Translations under genes and position numbers: made by a program
DNA from: Actinomyces viscosus
GTDB lineage: Bacteria; Bacteroidota; Bacteroidia; Flavobacteriales_D; Crocinitomicaceae
Length of the DNA stretch: 25,101 nt
Assembly (NCBI GenBank): GCA_943326975.2
Contig: CALPVI020000001.1
Span: 1 to 25,101, forward strand
Direction: 5' to 3'
Shown here: positions 1-6,735 of the stretch, one piece after another
Layout of the letters: every line of letters begins with the position of its first letter
Position numbering within the stretch: the stretch's first letter is position 1
Notes under the pieces: model-generated
Databases searched by the model: none
Seen by the model: the letters and a program-made list of their open reading frames with translations, nothing else
Told to the model about the DNA's origin: nothing

Positions 1-1
1 G

Positions 2-73
2 GGTATTGCAAAATTTAGGATTTTAATCAAAAAATGGGCGTTTCAACTTTTCGGATATTATCTTGATGAATAA
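2..73 (+). CDS. Possible 3' end of a gene entering from the left edge (GIAKFRILIKKWAFQLFGYYLDE*)
   Basis: Frame 2 is open from the window edge to TAA at 71-73, and the sequence turns into very AT-rich intergenic DNA right after. Too short to identify. Confidence 0.3.
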   Translation, partial: GIAKFRILIKKWAFQLFGYYLDE

Positions 74-183
74 GTTATAATGGAAACTTATAATTTATTT
101 TCAATTATGCCAATCACTTTAATTTATAAATTAAATACTTAATTAAAAATAATAAAGTTTAATGTATAAATGAAATTTATAAT

Positions 184-191
184 TAATTTTG
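184..191 (+). promoter_or_regulatory. Bacteroidota housekeeping-sigma -7 element (TAATTTTG) upstream of the ATPase
   Basis: Exact TAnnTTTG match ending 23 nt before ATG 215. No clear -33 TTTG, and the AT-rich context raises the chance-match rate. Confidence 0.45.
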
Positions 192-214
192 TTAAAGTTT
201 AATCTATATAAAGA

Positions 215-1420
215 ATGACAACATATATTCCTAGAAACGAATACATAAAGAGAATATTACCATTTATAGGTAAGAACATCATCAAAGTATTAGTCGGACA
301 AAGAAGAGTTGGTAAAAGTTACCTTTTACTACAACTAATGGATGAAGTGAAAAAAATAAATTCTGATGTTCATTGTATATTCATTAATAAAGAATCCTTA
401 GAATTCGATTCAATAAAAGACTACAATGACGTATTAGATTACGTCAATCAACATACACTACTAAACAAAAAAAACGCATTATTTATAGATGAAATACAAG
501 ATATTAAAGAGTTTGAAAAGGCATTAAGGCATTTTGGATTAAATGAAAATTTTGATATTTATTGTACTGGAAGTAATGCAAATTTACTTTCGGGTGAATT
601 AGCAACCTTTTTAAGTGGAAGATATATCGAATTCAATGTATATAGTCTTTCCTATTTAGAATTTTTACAATTTCATGAATTAGAAAATACAAATACTTCT
701 TTAAAATCCTTTTTAACTTATGGAGGTTTACCCTTTTTAAAAAACTTAGTAAAAGATGATGAAGTCTACATGGAATATTTAAAGAACATTTATTCTACTA
801 TCTTATATAAAGACATCATCTCACGATTTCAGATCAGAAATACTCAATTTTTAGAAAATTTAGTCCAATTTCTTTCAAACAATATTGGAAACGTGATTTC
901 TGCTAATAAAATAAGTGATTATTTGAAATCTCAAAAATTAAAAATATCACCTCAGTTAGTGATTAATTATTTAAACTACCTCTCACAAGCATTTTTGATT
1001 TTTCAAGTTAAACGCAATGACATCATTGGAAAAAAAGTATTTGAAATCCATGAGAAATACTATTTTGAAGATTGGGGTATTGTAAATGCAATGATAGGAT
1101 TTCAAAATATGGATATTGGAAAAATAATAGAAAACGCTGTTTACATTCACCTTAAATGTCATGGATATAAAGTGAATGTAGGTGTACTTGGAGATAAAGA
1201 AATTGATTTCATTGCAGAAAAAAACGGCGAAAAAATATACCTGCAAGTTTGTTATTTGCTACCCGATGAAAAAGTGAAACAAAGAGAATATGGAAACTTA
1301 CAACTAATTAATGACAATTATCCAAAATATGTTATTTCTCTCGATGAATTTGCTCCTTCCGATTGGAATGGAATTAAACATATCCAACTAAAAGATTTTC
1401 TAAGTGGAAGTTGGGTTTGA
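215..1420 (+). CDS. ATP-binding protein, AAA_14 + DUF4143 (COG1373-type AAA+ ATPase)
   Basis: Walker A GQRRVGKS, Walker B LFIDEIQ, TGSNA and LSGRY motifs, and C-terminal KKYYFED..ENAVY..EIDF..LQVC typical of DUF4143. The 401 aa length is typical. Confidence 0.9.
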   Translation: MTTYIPRNEYIKRILPFIGKNIIKVLVGQRRVGKSYLLLQLMDEVKKINSDVHCIFINKESLEFDSIKDYNDVLDYVNQHTLLNKKNALFIDEIQDIKEFEKALRHFGLNENFDIYCTGSNANLLSGELATFLSGRYIEFNVYSLSYLEFLQFHELENTNTSLKSFLTYGGLPFLKNLVKDDEVYMEYLKNIYSTILYKDIISRFQIRNTQFLENLVQFLSNNIGNVISANKISDYLKSQKLKISPQLVINYLNYLSQAFLIFQVKRNDIIGKKVFEIHEKYYFEDWGIVNAMIGFQNMDIGKIIENAVYIHLKCHGYKVNVGVLGDKEIDFIAEKNGEKIYLQVCYLLPDEKVKQREYGNLQLINDNYPKYVISLDEFAPSDWNGIKHIQLKDFLSGSWV

Positions 1421-1464
1421 AATAATTTTGAATGTATTTCATCACTAGACAGGATAAAGGAAAC

Positions 1465-1493
1465 AAAAAAAGCCTTACATTTCTGCAAGGCTT
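1465..1493 (-). terminator. Intrinsic terminator on the minus strand
   Basis: Minus strand reads AAGCCTTGCA-GAAA-TGTAAGGCTT-TTTTT: a 10-bp stem with one G.U pair, a GNRA loop and a U tract. On the plus strand the G.U becomes an A.C mismatch and no U tract follows. Confidence 0.8.
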
Positions 1494-1554
1494 AGATTCC
1501 ATCAATAAACATTTGATGGTCATCCGCAATGAATAATTTGATTTTTTTTGACAT
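1492..1554 (-). pseudogene. 20-codon stub of a NarL/FixJ-type response regulator (MSKKIKLFIADDHQMFIDGI*)
   Basis: Hand translation of 1554 to 1492. IKLFIADDHQMFIDGI matches the receiver-domain beta1 / acidic DD / helix 1 start of NarL-family regulators. The stop overlaps the terminator stem. Below the ORF-track size cutoff. Confidence 0.75.
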
Positions 1555-1569
1555 GAATAAAATATGTAC

Positions 1570-1577
1570 TAAAGATA
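1570..1577 (-). promoter_or_regulatory. Putative -7 promoter element (TATCTTTA) upstream of the regulator stub
   Basis: One mismatch to TAnnTTTG, 15 nt upstream of ATG 1554, with an AT-rich leader. Confidence 0.45.
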
Positions 1578-1631
1578 GTTTTAGCTAACCTTAGAAATAA
1601 TTTCATTTTAAAGATTTTTTTTGAAAATAGT

Positions 1632-1853
1632 TTATTTCTGCCAAGTCAAATCCAATCTTCCTTTTTCAGTAAAGTAATACGATTTTCTTTTGCGGCAATA
1701 TTTTATAGGTGCTTGAAAATCAGTTTTTAATACTGATATGTATTTATACACCATTCGTTCAGATATATTTAGTTGAATTGCAAACTCAGCAGGTGAATTT
1801 GTTTTTTCTTCATTGATAACATTAATGATTTTTTGTAGTAATTCAATGTTCAT
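1632..1853 (-). CDS. Stand-alone winged HTH protein (HTH_11-like), paralogue 2
   Basis: TNSPAEFAIQLNISERMVYKYISVLK..APIKYCRKRKSYYF resembles Bacteroidota HTH proteins and the N-terminal wHTH of YafY/WYL regulators. 29/73 ungapped identity with 1892..2119 by manual count. Confidence 0.85.
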   Translation of the reverse strand: MNIELLQKIINVINEEKTNSPAEFAIQLNISERMVYKYISVLKTDFQAPIKYCRKRKSYYFTEKGRLDLTWQK

Positions 1854-1891
1854 GTTTAGATTGCGATGTTGACTAATTTAAATTGAGTAAA

Positions 1892-2119
1892 TTATATTTC
1901 TTTGATCCATGTCCATATTAGTTTACCTTCTTCATAAAAGACAAATGTTTGTTTCTCACGATTGTAATTAATAGGTGCATTTAATTGTGTTTTTAAAAGT
2001 TTTACATAATGAAAAATCATTCTTTCTGACACGCCCACTTTTTCAGCTGCTGCTTTTGCGCTACCTGTTCTTTCTTTTTCAACTAAATGAATAAAATATT
2101 TTATTTTTTCAATGTTCAT
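1892..2119 (-). CDS. Stand-alone winged HTH protein (HTH_11-like), paralogue 1
   Basis: RTGSAKAAAEKVGVSERMIFHYVKLLK..APINYNR; tandem paralogue of 1632..1853. Confidence 0.85.
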   Translation of the reverse strand: MNIEKIKYFIHLVEKERTGSAKAAAEKVGVSERMIFHYVKLLKTQLNAPINYNREKQTFVFYEEGKLIWTWIKEI

Positions 2120-2323
2120 AAAAAGCTTTTACAAAATAGTCGTTTTAAAGTCTAATTTGTCCCTAAAAAAATAAATCAAACTATTTTATTAGGATTAATA
2201 AAATACTAATAGTTTGCAAATTAACGACCCCTTTATGAAATGATAGTTCAGTGAGAAATTTTTTTAATTTTTTCAAAAAACGAACTAAAAGTTAACGTTA
2301 TATAAAGTACTTTTAACATCGAA

Positions 2324-2875
2324 ATGAAAATTAATTGGGAAGAATTTTTAGAAGGGGATAATTTAGTATTAGCTAAATTATATGACGAAGTTTTTTTGTC
2401 ATTGTTATTTGTTTCCATAAGGTATACACGTGATTTTGAATTGTCGAGGGATATCATTTCAGACCTATTTTTAACTTTGATAGAAACACCAAAATCAGAT
2501 AGAATAAAAAAATGGAAAGAGGTAAGAGATATCAAATCCTTTTTAACAATATTAATTAGAAATAAATCTATCGATGCTGTCAGAACGAAGATAAATCGTC
2601 AGCAAATACGTGAAAAAATTGCATCTAAGAATACACAATATTGTGAACAAGAATATTTTCATCAAGATCATTTTGAAAAAAGCATTGCTTTATTGAATGA
2701 AAAAGAAAGAGAATTATTTTTAATGCATTTTAATGGTTTTACAAATAGTGAAATAGGAAATAAAATGTCCTATTCAGAAAAAACAGTTCGTAACAAATTG
2801 AGTTTATGCCGAAAAAAAATGATTTATTTTTGGAAAAACTTACTACTTTTAATTTTATGGAAAATTCTGAATTAA
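2324..2875 (+). CDS. ECF-type RNA polymerase sigma-70 factor
   Basis: Region 2 (RDIISDLFLTL...FLTILIRNKSIDAVR) and region 4 HTH (LLNEKERELFLMHFNGFTNSEIGNKMSYSEKTVRNKLSLCRKKM); 183 aa. Confidence 0.92.
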   Translation: MKINWEEFLEGDNLVLAKLYDEVFLSLLFVSIRYTRDFELSRDIISDLFLTLIETPKSDRIKKWKEVRDIKSFLTILIRNKSIDAVRTKINRQQIREKIASKNTQYCEQEYFHQDHFEKSIALLNEKERELFLMHFNGFTNSEIGNKMSYSEKTVRNKLSLCRKKMIYFWKNLLLLILWKILN

Positions 2876-3579
2876 ATCAATTAATTGAATTATTGGACAA
2901 TCCATCTGCATTAAAACAGAAAGTTGTTGAGCTGAAATCTACTTCAGATTTGGAAGATGAAATTATTGGATTTATTACTTTGTATGATTTATTTGAAGGA
3001 GATAGTTCTAAAATAAAAAAATACTTGGAGGAAATTAAAAAGCAGATTATTAGTCCTATCAAAATAAAATCAACTTCATTTTCTTATCTCAAATATGCCG
3101 CAATCTTTATTCTTATATTAGGTATAAGTTTGTTTTATTTTCAAAAGAAAGGAACTGCGAAATTAGCTTTGAAAAATGAATTCAATGAGCCTGGAATAGC
3201 GAATTATATGTCAACACAAACTACTTCTCTTTGGGAAGAAATAATGTATGACTACAAAATGCATAAATTCGTTTCTGCTTATACTAAAATTGAAAGAGAA
3301 TTAAAAAATTCACCTACGAATGATACATTAATTTATTTTTCTGGAATTGTAAATTACGAGTTAAAAAAAGAAAAGATTGCAACAACTAAACTAACCAAAA
3401 TTGCATTATCTAATTCAATTTTTAAGGATCGAGCTAGTTATTATTTAGGTAGAATTGCTTTTGAAAATGGTAATCGTAAACAAGCTAAGAAAATTTTTAA
3501 ATCCTTACTTAAATCAAATGATTTAGATATTAAAAATGCTTCATTTGAAAATTTAAGTGAATTAAAATCAAAAGAATAA
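2857..3579 (+). CDS. Putative anti-sigma factor: cytoplasmic N-domain, one TM helix, C-terminal TPR-like domain
   Basis: Probable start is ATG 2857 (MENSELN), overlapping the sigma stop by 19 nt; the ORF track starts at 2806. TM segment YAAIFILILGISLFYF; TPR-like helices (LIYFSGIVNYEL, ASYYLGRIAFENGNRKQAKKIF). The anti-sigma role is inferred from position and topology. Confidence 0.75.
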   Translation: MENSELNQLIELLDNPSALKQKVVELKSTSDLEDEIIGFITLYDLFEGDSSKIKKYLEEIKKQIISPIKIKSTSFSYLKYAAIFILILGISLFYFQKKGTAKLALKNEFNEPGIANYMSTQTTSLWEEIMYDYKMHKFVSAYTKIERELKNSPTNDTLIYFSGIVNYELKKEKIATTKLTKIALSNSIFKDRASYYLGRIAFENGNRKQAKKIFKSLLKSNDLDIKNASFENLSELKSKE

Positions 3580-6004
3580 AACTTAACAATACTCCAATTA
3601 GATATTTTAATTTTTGTTTATCTCCTTGATTATTTTCAAGTAAAGGGTATCGATAATTTGAAATCAAACGGTAAGGTGTCCAAAATTTAGGATGACATAA
3701 ACTACCTTTATTATTCTTTAAATATGAAAGTTGAGCATGATACAATGCGTCTTCAGTTGTTTGACCTTTTGCTATGTTATTGTAAAATGCATAAAATATT
3801 TTAGCAGAACATTCATCATCTGTTTTCAAACGGCTTACAATTATATTTTTAGCGCCTTTATTTAATAAGTATAGATACATACCACGATCAAATTCTCTAG
3901 AACTTATATTTGAATTAAATCCTGAGTAACAATTGTTTAAAACAATAAGCGAATTTTCAACTTGGTTTATATAATTAATTGAGGAAATACAGGTGTCTTT
4001 TTCTTTAATTTCGCAAGGCAATTGAAAATTGACAGAACCAAGTTCTAAATTAATTTTTAAGTCACCATGTCCGTATAAATGAAGAATTCCCTTTTTATTT
4101 AAAAACTGTGTAAGATTCCCATTGAATATTTTTGATTCACTTTTGATAGGTGTAAATTTTTCATGACTTAAATGATCCATAAATGGTAATTTACTGTAGT
4201 TCTCCGTTTTTAATTTTAAAAAGGTCAATTCATTTTTAAGTTGTTTTTTTGGTTGAATAAAAAAATCATATGGGTCATAAATTGATGTAAATTGAATTGA
4301 TTTTGCTACATAATTTAGTTTGTCATAATTAGAACCTAGTGTGTCTTTAATTAATCCATTATAATTTGTATAATCAAAGTAGAGTGTATAAATTTTATTG
4401 ATTTTTTTATTGACTTTAAGAATAGGCTCAACTTTATCTTGGTATTCTTGATATGCGTATTTTTTATACTGATGAAATGAAAGCGTATCAAAATCAATTG
4501 TATTATAATTTAAATCATTTTTACTTTTAACAATTTCAATTTTGTTAGGTTGAATAACTATTTTATAAGAATCATTCGAACTTTTTCTCGTACATGGAAC
4601 AACGATACATTCATTTGTTTTTAGTTTTTTTTGAATTAATTCAAGTTCTATTTTTGGAGCAGATTTTAAATAATAATGATTAAAATGAATTGATTTGTTA
4701 ATCAAATTTTTTAATCTTAAATCCTTTATTTTTGATAATTCAATGTTTGCATTGTTGAATCGATGATTATTTGAATAGTTTTCGTCTTTTAAATAATGAA
4801 AGTGTAAAATTTGCGTTAACAAATGTTCTGTCGCGTTTTTCAAATCTTTTTTTTGTTTCTTGACAAAAAACCGTCTTAAGTAAAGTTTAAAAAGATAGTG
4901 GTTTGGTGACGAACTATAAGTATCATAATTGTACTCTTTTGATTGAGCAAATAATGCCCACCAACTTTGGTACAATTTTTTTAAAATAGTAATGTCCTTT
5001 TGAGTTTGCTGTTCATCATAAGGTAACGTTTCTTCATTGGTCGTTTTGTAGGAATATAAAGTCATTAAAGACTTTGAGTTTGGACAATTTTCAAAATTCC
5101 CGAAAGTGGTTTGATAGTTTTTAATTGTTTTGTTAAACAGTTGTTTTGCTTTCACTTTCTCACCGATACACATGTAGTTCAGGCCTTTTAACGCCGTAGT
5201 TGAAATACGATCGTTCCAATTGTTTTTATTGATGACATTTTCCAAAGTATAATTAAAAGCGTTTAAAGCCATTTGATAGGAATACCATTGAGAAATACCC
5301 ATCTTTTTTTGTGCATCTTTGAAAACATAATTATAACCTGATACATGATCTAAATATCTTGTACCCACACCTCTATATAATAGAACTCTATCTGAACTAA
5401 ATTGAAATGGGAATTTTTTTTCATACACTTTTGCTGAGTCAAACCATTGGTTCATCACTATTCGTGCTATTGGCATTTGATGCTCTATTTTATACTTAAT
5501 AGCTGGATCTATCTTTCTATATAAAAATGTTATTGCATAAATTTGATAAACAAAAGGGACGCTTATTTTTGAATAATCTTTTCGATTTCGCTGAATGATT
5601 TCCATGGCGCGATTTGAGTAATACAATGCACTATCACCCCAAGTTAGAAAATGAAAAAAGTAAGCTTTTTCGGAAAAATACATTCCTTTATAAATTTCTC
5701 CATCTTTCTTTTTTAATTCGTAAGCTTTTCGGTTGAACTTTTCATAATTCACAATGTCATTTTCATACAAATGAATTTTAGCCAGATCTCTATAAACCCT
5801 ATATTTTGTCTCTTTTGGGATGTTTTTTGCCTTCAGGTAATCCTCCAAAAGTATGTAGGCGATATTGGTCGACCCATTTTCGATTAATTCTTCCGCCAGG
5901 ATTACTTTTTCATCTAATTTATTCGTTTTAGAATCATTCACTTGTGCGAACACATTTCCATGAAGTAAGAATAAAAAACAGATTATTTTTAAAAAGGTTT
6001 GCAA
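3530..6004 (-). CDS. CHAT-domain (caspase-like, clan CD) protease with signal peptide and C-terminal TM anchor
   Basis: TTG start. Signal peptide MQTFLKIICFLFLLHGNVFA. CHAT motifs ILHLYGHG (His646), LIVLNNCYSG (Cys692), GAKNIIVS..DD, FY, ALYHAQLSYL and HPKFWTPYRLI. C-terminal hydrophobic YLIGVLLSFILLILIHL. Confidence 0.9.
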   Translation of the reverse strand: MQTFLKIICFLFLLHGNVFAQVNDSKTNKLDEKVILAEELIENGSTNIAYILLEDYLKAKNIPKETKYRVYRDLAKIHLYENDIVNYEKFNRKAYELKKKDGEIYKGMYFSEKAYFFHFLTWGDSALYYSNRAMEIIQRNRKDYSKISVPFVYQIYAITFLYRKIDPAIKYKIEHQMPIARIVMNQWFDSAKVYEKKFPFQFSSDRVLLYRGVGTRYLDHVSGYNYVFKDAQKKMGISQWYSYQMALNAFNYTLENVINKNNWNDRISTTALKGLNYMCIGEKVKAKQLFNKTIKNYQTTFGNFENCPNSKSLMTLYSYKTTNEETLPYDEQQTQKDITILKKLYQSWWALFAQSKEYNYDTYSSSPNHYLFKLYLRRFFVKKQKKDLKNATEHLLTQILHFHYLKDENYSNNHRFNNANIELSKIKDLRLKNLINKSIHFNHYYLKSAPKIELELIQKKLKTNECIVVPCTRKSSNDSYKIVIQPNKIEIVKSKNDLNYNTIDFDTLSFHQYKKYAYQEYQDKVEPILKVNKKINKIYTLYFDYTNYNGLIKDTLGSNYDKLNYVAKSIQFTSIYDPYDFFIQPKKQLKNELTFLKLKTENYSKLPFMDHLSHEKFTPIKSESKIFNGNLTQFLNKKGILHLYGHGDLKINLELGSVNFQLPCEIKEKDTCISSINYINQVENSLIVLNNCYSGFNSNISSREFDRGMYLYLLNKGAKNIIVSRLKTDDECSAKIFYAFYNNIAKGQTTEDALYHAQLSYLKNNKGSLCHPKFWTPYRLISNYRYPLLENNQGDKQKLKYLIGVLLSFILLILIHLNFQMKHF

Positions 6005-6100
6005 TGATGTAAGTGTTGTGAAAAGTATTTAATAAAAATGCAGCTTTAAAAATAAAATTAAAAATTCTTTTTTAAATATGTCTGTATTTTCTAGTAATCT

Positions 6101-6733
6101 CTAAAAATCAATTAGAGTTGAATTGCTTATATCTACAATACCAGCGTATTCATTTTGAAAATAATCTTTGGAAATTAGTTCTAATAGTATTTCGCTTGTT
6201 TCCAAAGGACTGTTACCATTTGGATTACCCATTTCAGTGTTTAAAATACCAGGATGAATAATGTTTACCGTGAAATTTTGATTTTCTTTTCGTAAAATTT
6301 GTGCAAACATTGAAATGGAAGTTTTTGAAAGACAGTATGCATAGCCAGGTAAAGCTTCAAATTGATTTGAAGAAATGTATTTTTGAGAAGAAAATCTACT
6401 TCCTACTAATATCAATTGTTTTAAATGCTTCAATTTCTCCAATTTGAATAATTCGTGAACTAATTGAATTGGTTGTAATAAGTTGACGTGCATTACCTTT
6501 TCTAGTTCAAGTGGGTCGATTTCTTGAATATTTCCACCAGAATCTCCAATAGCGGCATTTAAAATCAATACTTCTATTGAAGGTGGAATTTCTACCAAAT
6601 TTGAATATGAAAAAATGTTCTTTGAAGGGCTATATTGACTATGAGAAATTCCAAAAACAGTAAATCTCTCATCGTCTGAATTGAGGATAGCGGCACCTAA
6701 ACCAGAAGAAATACCTGTAACAGCTATTTTCAT
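6101..6733 (-). CDS. Short-chain dehydrogenase/reductase (SDR family)
   Basis: TGISSGLG nucleotide-binding motif, NAAIG, catalytic YCLSK (YxxxK) and HPGILNTEMG. Confidence 0.9.
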   Translation of the reverse strand: MKIAVTGISSGLGAAILNSDDERFTVFGISHSQYSPSKNIFSYSNLVEIPPSIEVLILNAAIGDSGGNIQEIDPLELEKVMHVNLLQPIQLVHELFKLEKLKHLKQLILVGSRFSSQKYISSNQFEALPGYAYCLSKTSISMFAQILRKENQNFTVNIIHPGILNTEMGNPNGNSPLETSEILLELISKDYFQNEYAGIVDISNSTLIDF

Positions 6734-6735
6734 GC

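Noticed and set aside
1421-1494. Frameshifted continuation of the response-regulator stub
   Set aside because: All three minus-strand frames after GI were translated by hand; none gives receiver-domain sequence beyond two residues.
2120-2323. ECF autoregulatory promoter or small RNA between the HTH genes and the sigma gene
   Set aside because: GAACT and CGTT motifs exist (about 2282-2299) but are spaced too closely, and no stable hairpin was seen.
2806-2856. ORF-track start at 2806 for the TPR / anti-sigma gene
   Set aside because: It would overlap the sigma gene by 70 nt. ATG 2857 has a T-rich leader and gives a more usual short overlap.
3530-6004. CHAT + sigma as part of a type III-E CRISPR (Craspase) locus
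   Set aside because: No CRISPR array or cas genes in the window, and this protease is exported, unlike cytoplasmic Csx29. Analogy only.
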